Origin: Firmicutes bacterium UBA5389
Lineage (GTDB): Bacteria > Bacillota > DTU025
Length of the DNA stretch: 64,000 bases
Assembly (NCBI GenBank): GCA_002409965.1
Contig: DHON01000105.1
Location: forward strand, 5,461-69,460
Direction of reading: 5' to 3'
Below are positions 26,794 through 36,800 of the stretch, piece by piece; position 1 is the stretch's first letter, and the number at the start of each line of letters is the position of its first letter. The notes under the pieces are model-generated. The model searched no databases, was not told where the DNA came from, and was given only the letters and a program-made list of their open reading frames with translations. Made by a program: the position numbers and the translations under genes.

Positions 26794-27420
26794 CTAGTAC
26801 GGTGCACGACTCTCTATCTCGCGCGCGAGCTTTACAAGGTCATCCAAAATGGCCTCCAGACGTCCCTGTGTCTTGAGCCAGCTACCCGCACTGGCGATTC
26901 TCTGTCGTTCGGTGGCCTTGAGTGCCGCCTTCTTGGCGACACTGCTCTCGTGGGCTGAGAGATTGCGCAATGTGAATAGTAGCTCCAGGCTACGCTTATG
27001 CTCACGGCTTTTGCAGGCTCGCACTAGGTAATGATCCTCAGGCAGGTACTCCCTGAGTCTGCTGATAAGCCCATCGCGGCCCCTAAAGTCGAAATACCGA
27101 TTCCCCACAATGAGGTACCTACACACCTCGTCTGTGAGGTGTCTAGGCAATTCGATGCCCAGAACCGATCCCAGTACTGACGTATCGTTGTTGATGGCTC
27201 CTACCAATGCGCTGAGAATGAGGCGCTCAAATGACACATTGGCCTTGATCACGGCGCACTCATATATCCATGATGTAAACTCATCCGCAGAGGTAGAGAA
27301 TGATGCGCTATCCACGAACTTACCAATCCGCTCCATCTCCGCGATGAACAACGACGCAGCTAGCCTAACGCTTTTCTTTCTGGCCATACGATCAACCACC
27401 CCACGCAGCCTGCGAGTCAT
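26794..27420 (-). CDS. Hypothetical 208-aa protein with an Rx4H motif (candidate HEPN / Abi_2-like RNase)
   Basis: 'LFTLRNLSAHES' gives R-x4-H in a predicted helix; otherwise no match. Weak. Confidence 0.4.
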   Translation of the reverse strand: MTRRLRGVVDRMARKKSVRLAASLFIAEMERIGKFVDSASFSTSADEFTSWIYECAVIKANVSFERLILSALVGAINNDTSVLGSVLGIELPRHLTDEVCRYLIVGNRYFDFRGRDGLISRLREYLPEDHYLVRACKSREHKRSLELLFTLRNLSAHESSVAKKAALKATERQRIASAGSWLKTQGRLEAILDDLVKLAREIESRAPY

Positions 27421-27837
27421 GGGTCAATCTACGCTAGTTCATCTATTACATATGGAAACGAAGCTTGTCCCATCTACAGGCTGGAGCATTCTGCGTCTGA
27501 GCCTGGCAGCCATAGTACTCGCGTCCAGCTACCAGACTCCCTGTCGGTCTCTGGCGTAGGCGCTACTGCCGTTGCAGTAGTCTCGCATATCACGTCATAG
27601 CGGCTCACGCCGCTGTAGAGCTGGCTAGGGCGAAATGGCCCGGAGATGCGCCAACCGCCGATCACATTATTCCCTCTGTCTTTGCTCGTTCTTCTCGTGG
27701 CTGGGCACGCGTTCCGCTGGCCCCTTCGTGTCATGCGCTAGAGACCATGCAAGACGCAGATAGCTAGCATGGTCACGCTCACCTCCGTTGTTAGCCACCT
27801 GCGCTTCGCGACCCGCCCTGGCCTAGCACGCTGCGCA

Positions 27838-28197
27838 CTAATTCCGCCTTCTGGCGTCGCAAGCTGATGCTTCTGCACTATCGGCACCAGGCTTCGGCCC
27901 ATGCGCCTCTTCGACAACCTTCTCTGCGTCCTCGCGGCTGATGAAGCCGCCAGCGGCTATGTGATCCATCTCCAATTCGCGGACCTTGCGCTCCCACTCC
28001 TGAAGTGTCATCTTCCTCACCTCTGCACTGGGTTCCACATCACCTTCGGGTTTCAAGCGTGAATCGTGTACTGCAACTAGTATTCGACGATCTCTCAGTC
28101 TTCCCCTTGTGTTTGCGCGCAACGATAGTGTCTCATTATCCTGTGCGTCACGAATCATGGCAAATGGACAGGGACCCTCCTTTGGCATCCTTCGCAT
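27838..28197 (-). CDS. Small hypothetical protein (119 aa)
   Basis: ORF on the consistent strand only; the charged C-terminal helix 'MTLQEWERKVRELEMDHIAAGGFISREDAEKVVEEA' looks antitoxin-like, but that is speculative. Confidence 0.3.
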   Translation of the reverse strand: MRRMPKEGPCPFAMIRDAQDNETLSLRANTRGRLRDRRILVAVHDSRLKPEGDVEPSAEVRKMTLQEWERKVRELEMDHIAAGGFISREDAEKVVEEAHGPKPGADSAEASACDARRRN

Positions 28198-28344
28198 TCA
28201 GCCGCAGGCCGATTTCCCCGATGAACTCGGACGGGGCCCTGGTGGCCATCAGCATCCACGTTGCGTTGCCGAGCCAAGCGACCCGAGTCAACTTCCAGGA
28301 TGCCTCTGATCTTGCTGGTCGTCCGGCACTCAACTGCTAACCCG

Positions 28345-28833
28345 CTACTGGCTCAGCGGCCCGATCCTGCTGGCGTCGATCGGCAGGGATGTCAGGTACA
28401 TGATCGGGACGTGCGTGTTTGTCACTAGTCTATGACCGATGTCGGCAGGATCTGGCGCGAATCCGGCAATGCGTCCAAGGCCCCTGGGATCGGCCTTTAT
28501 CCATTCGACTCGCCGGATGTGTCTGTCGAGCTCGTCTTTGGCTTCGCCTTGGAAGCGGCGGCAGATCTCGGCCACCTCGGCTGCGGTCCGCGCGAGCTGC
28601 AGACGCTTGCATTCGGTGAGCCGGATCTCTGCGGTTGGCCGCCATGCCAGGACATCGACATCGCCGAGTTCTGACGGGCCGCACAGTTCGGTCATCTGTA
28701 CTCCGGTGCGCGTATGCCATCCGTCTTTCTCTAGTTGCTCAGCAGCTGATTGGGCAAACGCATGGCCTCGCTCGCTGTTGACTGCCCCGATATACTTTGC
28801 CATCTCCTTGGACACGAAGAACTCCTGCGGCAA
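28345..28833 (-). CDS. PD-(D/E)xK nuclease-like protein (162 aa); possibly the 3' part of a frameshifted gene that includes 28739-29113
   Basis: 'GDVDVLAWRPTAEIRLTECKRLQ' fits D-x-D...E-x-K. The upstream 124-aa ORF (28739-29113) overlaps by ~95 nt in the +1 frame. Confidence 0.4.
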   Translation of the reverse strand: MPQEFFVSKEMAKYIGAVNSERGHAFAQSAAEQLEKDGWHTRTGVQMTELCGPSELGDVDVLAWRPTAEIRLTECKRLQLARTAAEVAEICRRFQGEAKDELDRHIRRVEWIKADPRGLGRIAGFAPDPADIGHRLVTNTHVPIMYLTSLPIDASRIGPLSQ

Positions 28834-29113
28834 CAGATCTGCCTATCAGGTAAGCCACCCTAGCTCTCACCATGCCAGCTCCGAAGAACACTTTGTCGCC
28901 ATCGCGCTCTCCGAAAACTAGAGTGGTGTACTCGCCATTGGTACGCAAGTAGATCCTGGGCTCGATCAAGCCGCCGTTGATTGCATCAGAATCCATCGCA
29001 GCCTCGATGAGTAGCGCCGCGTTGGCCAGTAGTTCATCCAAGTCCCACCGTGAGAGCTGGCGACCACCCACCACTTCTGGTTCGCTTGCCACTAACGACA
29101 TGGGCCATTCCAT
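28739..29113 (-). CDS. Hypothetical 124-aa ORF; possible 5' part of a frameshifted nuclease gene with 28345-28833
   Basis: ORF geometry only. Confidence 0.3.
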   Translation of the reverse strand: MEWPMSLVASEPEVVGGRQLSRWDLDELLANAALLIEAAMDSDAINGGLIEPRIYLRTNGEYTTLVFGERDGDKVFFGAGMVRARVAYLIGRSVAAGVLRVQGDGKVYRGSQQRARPCVCPISC

Positions 29114-29143
29114 CTCCTAACTCAGAGAGCGACCACATGCCGT

Positions 29144-31114
29144 CTACTTTGAAACCGCGTCGATCCACGCCTGAGGAATGAGCGCGTTTCCGTGACGCCA
29201 GCGTTCGACGACAGCCTCTTGGTACCACTTCTCATCCGGATCAGCGTGCTCGGTAATAATCACCTGGAAGCGGCCATCTAGTGATGCAACGGTATCGCGG
29301 ACCAGCTCAAACGTGCGAAGTACGGCCGCGCGGTCTTCATCAACGTCCGCCCCATCACGCCCAACCTCTAGACGGCCTTCGCGATCCCGGTCTGCCGGGA
29401 AGTACACCTGCGAAGGTTGATCGACAAAAAGAAACCGGGGAACCGGTCGGGCCCCCGCTACAAACGTTTGGTGAAGCGCCAGATGCACAGCAATATGGTA
29501 CCCCACCCAGTTCGCACCGCTGCCCATCTTGTCCATGGCCACAGGGCCATCCGGAGTATCGGCAACAACGGTCAGCCTTCTGATATCGAATCGCAGGGGG
29601 TTGCTCGAGTGCTCGAGCTCAAGCCTTGTGCCAATGGCTGTGATCTTGTGCGAGATTACTGAAAGAATCGACTCCACACGCTCCCGCATCATATCATCGC
29701 TTAGCTCCGCCTCAAGCTCAGTGATTTCGTCTCTGAGCCTTTGGCCCCTGTCACTCAGTCTGTCAACTCCAGTAGCCGTCTCGGGGACAGTCTCCAGATA
29801 GAGACTGATTCGTCCCTTGACGTGCCCCACCCTTGCGACTAAGTCACGGTAGTTGGCGACCACCTGCTCGGAACGTTGTAAAGCCTCCATGGACACTCGG
29901 TTCTGCGCGAGTTGCTCTCGCAAGCTCGCAGCTTCGCCCTCAAGTTGTGCAGTAAGTCCCTCTAGGTGTGGGTTATCCTGGGCAAGATGCTTCAGTCGCA
30001 TGTCAAGCGTACGCAATGCCTGACGGAGGGAGTTGTCATCCGGAAGACTCGGTACTTTGGCCAGGCACAGTGGACAAACACAGTCGACTTCTCCAGTATC
30101 GGTAAGCAAGTCTATACTCCGAAGTCGCCCGGCCTGAACAGCACTCTCATCTGCATACCCGCGCCGTTCATCGGCAAGAGAACGTGTAGTTCTTAGGTCC
30201 GCCTCCACCCGGCGTAGGCGGCGGATCAGCTCCTCTCTCTCCTCCAAGACCAGCTCGTAGGCACCTGCAATCTCCTCTAAATCAGGATCAGGGACCGATG
30301 GCATTGGCTTCTCCAGCAACTCCTGGAGCAGGGCAATAGAGTCCCCAAAGGACCTCTCCTCGTTCAACAGGTGCAACATCCCAATGGCACTGGCTTCATG
30401 CAGCAGAGCAGTGGCTCGGCCTGAGCCATCGCCACGCAGGGCCTCGGTTTCTGCGAGGTCTCTCTGCACCCGTTTCAGCTCTTGACGTAACGAGCGAAGA
30501 TGGCCAGCCTTTATCAGGTGATCGCTGTCGACGGCGCCCAGGAAGTAGGGAAGCGCGTCCTTAATCGCTTGCGGGATGAAAGGCTCGCTCTGCTGGAAAA
30601 AGAGAGTCTTCCTACTGATAATCTCGTCCTGCGGCTGAAAGCAGAAGTACAAAGCGTGCTTGATAGTTGCAGCCAGAGGGCTTCGCGTCTGGCCGGGTGG
30701 CACCTCGTGCAGATTGTCTCCGATGCCACACTCACGGGAAAGAAGCTGAATCGCGGCATCGATGTTGGTCGTCGGCTGGAGTACTGCCTTCGGAGGTATA
30801 TCTACCTCGCTGCCGACCTCATAGTACACTGCGCCGCTACTTTGCTTGCCCCTATCCGGGGCTCTTCTCGCAACCAAGATCTGCTTCGCGCTCGACACTA
30901 GCCTCAGCGCGTACCACTCAACGGTTGACCGGATGGCACCATAGGCTACCCCACACTCGCTTGCCCCAAGACAGTAATCAACGATAGATATCAGGGACGA
31001 CTTTCCCGTCTTGGACGAGCCTGTTATGATATTGACTTGACCTTGCCGTAGTGACAGAACTCGAGGTTCATCTGAAGGGCCGTAGAGGATGATGTCGGCA
31101 ATCTGGATACTCAT
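29144..31114 (-). CDS. ABC-3C system ABC ATPase (DUF3732-like) with a coiled-coil arm carrying a CxxC motif
   Basis: N-terminus 'ILYGPSDEPRVLSLRQGQVNIITGSSKTGKSSLISIVDYCLGASE' (Walker A). The coiled-coil carries 'CVCPLCL'. The C-terminus has 'RFLFVDQPSQVYFP' (Walker B-like) and 'QVIITEHAD'. Confidence 0.7.
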   Translation of the reverse strand: MSIQIADIILYGPSDEPRVLSLRQGQVNIITGSSKTGKSSLISIVDYCLGASECGVAYGAIRSTVEWYALRLVSSAKQILVARRAPDRGKQSSGAVYYEVGSEVDIPPKAVLQPTTNIDAAIQLLSRECGIGDNLHEVPPGQTRSPLAATIKHALYFCFQPQDEIISRKTLFFQQSEPFIPQAIKDALPYFLGAVDSDHLIKAGHLRSLRQELKRVQRDLAETEALRGDGSGRATALLHEASAIGMLHLLNEERSFGDSIALLQELLEKPMPSVPDPDLEEIAGAYELVLEEREELIRRLRRVEADLRTTRSLADERRGYADESAVQAGRLRSIDLLTDTGEVDCVCPLCLAKVPSLPDDNSLRQALRTLDMRLKHLAQDNPHLEGLTAQLEGEAASLREQLAQNRVSMEALQRSEQVVANYRDLVARVGHVKGRISLYLETVPETATGVDRLSDRGQRLRDEITELEAELSDDMMRERVESILSVISHKITAIGTRLELEHSSNPLRFDIRRLTVVADTPDGPVAMDKMGSGANWVGYHIAVHLALHQTFVAGARPVPRFLFVDQPSQVYFPADRDREGRLEVGRDGADVDEDRAAVLRTFELVRDTVASLDGRFQVIITEHADPDEKWYQEAVVERWRHGNALIPQAWIDAVSK

Positions 31115-31668
31115 GGCCTTACCCCCCAGAGAGCCATGATCGTCTCAGTGCTGCCTGAAACCGCGTACCATCTCCCTACGAAAAATGACTTCTCAGTGAT
31201 CTCCTGGAACTCGTCGGTATTGGCCTGTATGCTGGCAAGGGCTCCCCTACGCAGATTACCCGCATGCACGTGATCGCCCACAAGCATCAACGCACGCTTC
31301 GATGCAGCAAGTATTAAGCCCTCGCGGACTAGTGGTACGAATGACACTGAAGCATCAGCGAACCTGAGTCTGACACGAGGGTTGTCTTGAAGCCACCCGG
31401 CGAGAGAGGAGTTCTTCTGGCGCGGCAGAAGGCTCCTTGTGTTCCGCATAAGCACGACTGCCGGCACCAAGAACACAAGCGGATAAGGCATCCCCGATTG
31501 GGATTCCTGCTCGTATCCTCGAACAGCGTGATACAGCACCACCCCCATGAATGCTGGGTTGAGGAGCGCTATCTCCTCAGGGCTCCGATCAGTCAAGCGG
31601 ATCGGGTCAGTCACAGTGTACCCTCCTCTATCAGGCACTCTAGCCTTTGCTGGAATTCGGGGTGCCAT
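31111..31668 (-). CDS. ABC-3C middle-component-like protein (185 aa)
   Basis: Its position between the nuclease and the ATPase, with start/stop overlaps on both sides, and its size fit 'ABC-three-component system middle component' proteins. No motif confirmed. Confidence 0.5.
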   Translation of the reverse strand: MAPRIPAKARVPDRGGYTVTDPIRLTDRSPEEIALLNPAFMGVVLYHAVRGYEQESQSGMPYPLVFLVPAVVLMRNTRSLLPRQKNSSLAGWLQDNPRVRLRFADASVSFVPLVREGLILAASKRALMLVGDHVHAGNLRRGALASIQANTDEFQEITEKSFFVGRWYAVSGSTETIMALWGVRP

Positions 31669-32771
31669 CCTATGAGAAGCCTATCAGAGAGTATCTGTAG
31701 GGAGCCGCGTGAGACGAAAGGTTCGCGGCATTCTGGACGGATGAACAAGGAATCCTCCTGTTCTGCCCACTTATACAGGTCTCGAGCAGCCATCCGCATT
31801 TCGAGCTCTGCAGTTCCAGTGCCTACCCTCTGCATCATCTCGTCAAATCGAATCTCCCACTCCTCACGGAGATGCTTGTCAAATACTGCTAGATCTCCAA
31901 CGAGTATAAGTCCTTCTCGCAGCCATCTAGAGCGCTGACTTGAAGCCCCGTAGTACTGCCTCATTGCTGTGATGATCCTCTTGTTGATAAGGTCAATGAG
32001 TCTGAGTTGTTCGACAAAGGGATGAAAGTTGAAGGCGGCCTCATCGATCTCAAGATCCCGAAGATCCTGGTCAATCGGAAGGTTATCCTCCCTAAGTTGC
32101 CTCCGCAGACGCTCAAGCTGAGCGTCAATCTCCTCGCTCTGGATTGGCTCACCTTTCGTTCCTTGCAGGTATACTATGATACGCCCAAACCACCAGCCCT
32201 CGAGTCGTGTGATCAGCGATTCGATTAACTCCCGCTTCACCACGAGCGCGAGTTCCCTGCGCAAATCCCTGTCAACACTCACGATGTCGGAAAAACCGTC
32301 TAGGACCGTAATCTGTTCAACCAGCAACCGGCGGTCTGCCTGCGAAAGAGAACGGTAGGCTGTGTAGGCTGACTCGTTATCTCTGTTACTCGAAGTCCGG
32401 GCCACCTCGTCAAGCCCACGGCGGGCCTGTTCTACATCACGCTGCAAATCCGCACGCAAGCACGATGCAATGGAACCTCTCTCCGCACGCGCAGTCGTGA
32501 TCAAGTAGTATGCCGTGTCGCGCGACCATTTACACGTTGTGAATCCATCCACCCATACCCTTATTGACTTCCACAGGTCAGCACTGGCGTTGCTTAGTCT
32601 ACCCTCACGCCTGATCTTGTGCTTCACCTGTAGCAATTCGGTTGGACTTCCGTCTGTCTCAAAAGCCACATCATCCAGGGTCTCGATAGTTACGCGAAAA
32701 CTCTCCTGTTCTTTGATACGACGGATCGCATCGAGAAGCGCAACACGGCACTGAAACAGGTAGCCAAGCAT
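31611..32771 (-). CDS. ABC-3C effector: DUF4297 (Cap4/LmuA-N-like) PD-(D/E)xK nuclease-domain protein
   Basis: N-terminus 'MLGYLFQCRVALLDAIRR...VTIETLDDVAFETDG...ELLQVKH' matches the GYxYQ...E-x-DD...Q-x-K pattern of DUF4297 nucleases. Confidence 0.6.
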   Translation of the reverse strand: MLGYLFQCRVALLDAIRRIKEQESFRVTIETLDDVAFETDGSPTELLQVKHKIRREGRLSNASADLWKSIRVWVDGFTTCKWSRDTAYYLITTARAERGSIASCLRADLQRDVEQARRGLDEVARTSSNRDNESAYTAYRSLSQADRRLLVEQITVLDGFSDIVSVDRDLRRELALVVKRELIESLITRLEGWWFGRIIVYLQGTKGEPIQSEEIDAQLERLRRQLREDNLPIDQDLRDLEIDEAAFNFHPFVEQLRLIDLINKRIITAMRQYYGASSQRSRWLREGLILVGDLAVFDKHLREEWEIRFDEMMQRVGTGTAELEMRMAARDLYKWAEQEDSLFIRPECREPFVSRGSLQILSDRLLIGWHPEFQQRLECLIEEGTL

Positions 32772-33049
32772 AGAAGCACTAGCATCAAACGGACTAGTGA
32801 TAGCCCATTCCTCCTCCCGAGGAGACAGCAGGTCCGGTACCCATTACCTGCCTACTGTCGCCAGTACTGCGTACCTCCCCGCGCCAACGACGGATTCAGG
32901 TCTTCACCGGACTTTAGCAGCGTCCTGACCGATCAACTGCAAGGAAAGGGCTGGCGGCAGGACTTGACCACTCACTATCACATATCGGCAACTCTCTACA
33001 CACCCTGAGTGTGCCAGCGCTGACGTCAGCTTGCGGTAATAGACAGCGG

Positions 33050-33862
33050 TCACTGATCCTCGCCGAGCATAAGGCCAGCATAGTCACGCAACAGCCCGAA
33101 TGCCGATACGATAAGCACTCCCAGCGCATCGTCCATTTCGCGCTCACAGATATCCAATGTGACACGGAGATCGACTCGAAGGTCTGTAGGCCACGCGGCA
33201 CCGACGCGATGGCAGGACTGATCAACTTTGTTATCCTCGGTCCTGCGTTCTATCTCCCTCCAGCCATCTAGGGATACTCTGAACCCCGATGCTGGTGAGT
33301 TGCTCTCAAAGAATCCGTGACTATGACTTTGAGCTCCTTCATGGACGAAATGATTCCGAATGGCATACGAGAGCCCGATCGGCCATCCGAACGTCTGCCG
33401 GATAGATTCACAATGTGTCGTTGCGGTTGTTTTCTTCGTCTTGTCTCGATTCACGAAATGCGAAAGCAGTTGCACGCGAGCCATTGGGTTAAGCGCCGTT
33501 TCCGGCGTGCACAGTACGTGACCGACCATATGCGTGATCTTGTCGGCCAGTGCCCAGGTAATCGCCATGTACGCCTGAAGTCCAATCAGCCGCGCGTGAT
33601 GATACTTCACTGGTGTAGAACCGAGTGGAACACAGTCATCAGGATCAACCGCGCTTTCGAGGCCACTGAGAAACTGGCGAGCCGCCTTGCGTGTCTCGAG
33701 CATGTCGATGCAATCATCGATGTCCTTACTGTAGGATGCCATGGTTCGAAGGGAGTCTTCGACATCAGAAGGGAGAGTTCCGGGGTGCCGCCCAAGGGCT
33801 CTATTCACTTCGTCGAGTGCGCACTTCGCTCGCTCCAGCCTTTTCCTAAGCATGTCGCTCAC
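33050..33862 (-). CDS. Hypothetical 270-aa protein with an Rx4H motif (candidate HEPN-like), translationally coupled to the STAND gene
   Basis: 'YAIRNHFVHEG' (R-x4-H). Its ATG overlaps the STAND stop (33859-33862). Confidence 0.4.
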   Translation of the reverse strand: MSDMLRKRLERAKCALDEVNRALGRHPGTLPSDVEDSLRTMASYSKDIDDCIDMLETRKAARQFLSGLESAVDPDDCVPLGSTPVKYHHARLIGLQAYMAITWALADKITHMVGHVLCTPETALNPMARVQLLSHFVNRDKTKKTTATTHCESIRQTFGWPIGLSYAIRNHFVHEGAQSHSHGFFESNSPASGFRVSLDGWREIERRTEDNKVDQSCHRVGAAWPTDLRVDLRVTLDICEREMDDALGVLIVSAFGLLRDYAGLMLGEDQ

Positions 33863-36800
33863 TCACCCCGCTCCTCTTTGGCCTCTTCCTCTTCTCGCCG
33901 GAGTTCCGCCTTGGCCACCTCCATGTGCCATTCCCAGAAGGCGCGAAACGCAGTGTCAGTCTCCGCGTCCAAGAGTTCCTGTGCACGCTGAACGCCGTCG
34001 ACGAACTCCTGCGGAACGCCGCCTGGTGCCGTCCACCACACTCTTACCCCTTTGGGCATTAGTGCACTGAAGAGTCGGCGCCTCTCCGGCAGGCGTGGCT
34101 CTCTGCCGGCACGTTCGACAAGAGGTTGGGCAATTGTGCGCCAGGGCGGGCTCGCGATGGCGTACCCGCCCGCTATTCGTGCCAGCCGACGCAGGTCATT
34201 TAAGCTTGAGGTTGCTCTCAGGCGATTGGCTACTTCTTGGGGGACCACCAACCCCTCTGAATCAACGCCCAGGAGCAATCGCGGCAGGTAGTAACCGATC
34301 GTACCGGTGTTGGACGCTAGGTCTATGAGGGCAGCTATTGCCTTGGAGATCTCGCGGTTGCCAACGTGAGCCGTGGTAATCGGGGCGACACACCGACTGA
34401 GTAGCACGCCATGGTCGGTCGCGATTGCTCTGCCGCCCTCATCCTGCGCCTCCATGTCCACACGTCTCTGGAGAGCTCCGGGAAGCCACGTAACCGGAAG
34501 ACGGCCAACACGCTTCAGTATCTCGGCGAGCTCCCATTCGGCGGTATTACTGAGGACGCTCAGATCCGGCAGCAAGAGTACTTGGTCGAGTAGCCAGATT
34601 CCGAAGTCCGGAGGAGCTTCCTGCGCCTTGTCTTCATCAAGAGCCCAGTAGGCCGAGCGTACAAGAGAGACAACTGCATCGCCGAGTTGCTCTCTGGGGA
34701 TCTCATTCAGTGTTCGCTCCACAAGGCCCTTAAGCTCAGGCCAATCACGGCTGAGTCCCAAGACAGCGATCTTGATGAAGTCGGGCCCCTGCCCATTGTC
34801 GAGAAACAGCTTTGCCTTGGACCGGAGGTAGCTATGCTGCGCCGGACACAGTCTGCCGTCCTCCCGCGAGACTGGCCTATCGTAGACCTGCTTTATGAGA
34901 CGGATTCGGCGTTCGTCGTCGCTGCACGTATTCACGAGCTTGTCGACTAGTCTGTGCGCGGCCTCGGCTCCCGCAGTTCTGCGCAGCTTCATGATCCAAC
35001 TACATGCGGCTGTGATTGAGAAGTCCGTGTACCTCGATGTCTCTGGCTCTGCTAGCGATTCGGCTATGAAGGATCCGATCGAGTCGCTAGTGTCTGCGTG
35101 TGCGCCTAGATTCCAAGCGAATCTCTGCAGCTGGTCAGGTCTGCGCTCGCCGGCAAAGCGAAAGGCCCGGTCGACAAATGACTTGATGTCCCGGCAAGAG
35201 GGATTGGCCGCGAGTTGAGCCGCTTTCTCATCCCATCGCTCATAACACCGCTGCGGATCGTCAGAGCGGAACAATGGTTCGAACTCTCCGGCCAGATCGT
35301 TCATCTCGTACAGATTCTCCAGTTCTCTGGACACACGTTTGAACTCAGGGTCGTCATCGAAGCGATCGTGCCAGCGCCATAGTTCGCGGGCCGCCTTGAG
35401 CTCCTCAAACTCGCGTGCATTCTGTGAGAGCAGTGAGCGTGCCCAAACAAGGTCGTCTAGCAGTACATCGCGCAGCTCGCTATGCAGACTCTCCCCGTCC
35501 CTCTTGCGGCACTGGTTTGCGTTTCTGTGTGCATTGACAAGAGCAGCCCAGAAAACGAGTCGTACCTCGGACGTCACACGTTGGTCTGCAAGATAGCCCC
35601 TGACCTGATTGAGAATGTCTTGCCGGGCCTTCCATGCCGGACTGCCGGGCAGCATGACGACGCTACCGATGTTGAGCTTATCACCCTCGCTCCACACCTG
35701 TTCCCGCCCAAGTTCCAAGTAGGGCTCCATGAGAGACTTGAGTGCTGCCAACTTCGCCGTGTACGTTGGCTGGCCAACTGCCTCGGCAAGCAGGCGACTA
35801 ACAACGGTGCATAGCTCGGCTTGGAAATCAGACCAGAACTGAGGTCCGCCCCCAATCACTCGCTTCACGAGCTGAGCAGCTCGCTTCCCATCATTCGGCA
35901 ATCCGCCGGCACGTCGGGCGGCGATGTCGGCCTCGGCCTCCACCAGTGCACAAAGCTCCCCAATCACCTGCTCGCGCTCGTCCTTCGTCTGTGCTCCCAT
36001 TGCGGCGTGAAACACGGGCCACGCCAGCGCGAGAACTACATCATCCTGCCCCACCTGATAGCTGCCGAAAACGCCCTGGACTTCATCCGTGCCTGCATCA
36101 ACGCTGCGAAAAGCGCGGCTGAGTTCGACCGTTTCGATTGGGTAGAACTGAGCTACGTCCGGCAGGAGTTCGGCGATGACCAGGCGCACACTTGCGCTAG
36201 TCGTCTCAACGTGGTCCCGGAAGTGATCGAAGAAGGGCTTCAGAAGAGGCACGGGGGTCCTTGACAGCTTTAGTAGAGACTCTGTCCGGGCCATAGACAC
36301 GAAAACCGCTTGTCCAAGCTGACTTATGTTTCCCTGAAGAACGGTGCGCAGAATATCGTCCACAATGGTTCTCGCTGCGTCTGACGGCTGCATCGGCATC
36401 TCTCCGTAACCGACGTCTACCGAGAGCCAATGAATAAGCACGTGATCGCGCAGGACGTCCGGCTTGAGTTCGACGAGTCGATTTCTTGCCCCTCGCTGTG
36501 CTAGGCCTCCTCGCGCGACTAGTCTAGCCAGCATTTCCCTCACCGACGTGTCCGACGCGACACCACTGCCTTCACGAAGTAGCCCGATCGCCGCATCGCT
36601 TTCTCGGTTCACGGCGCCAACAAGAGCGACCCACCGAAGCAACGAGCGCACCTGCTCAGGTTGGAACTCCTTTTGACACTGGATGATCTCCTCCAGGTAG
36701 GACTCTGCAAGGCTGTCGGCAGTTTGCGGAACCCCGGCAAGGTCGCCTGAGGTCTCAAGGACGTGAACGGCGATAGTCAGCCACATTGGATGATATGAGA

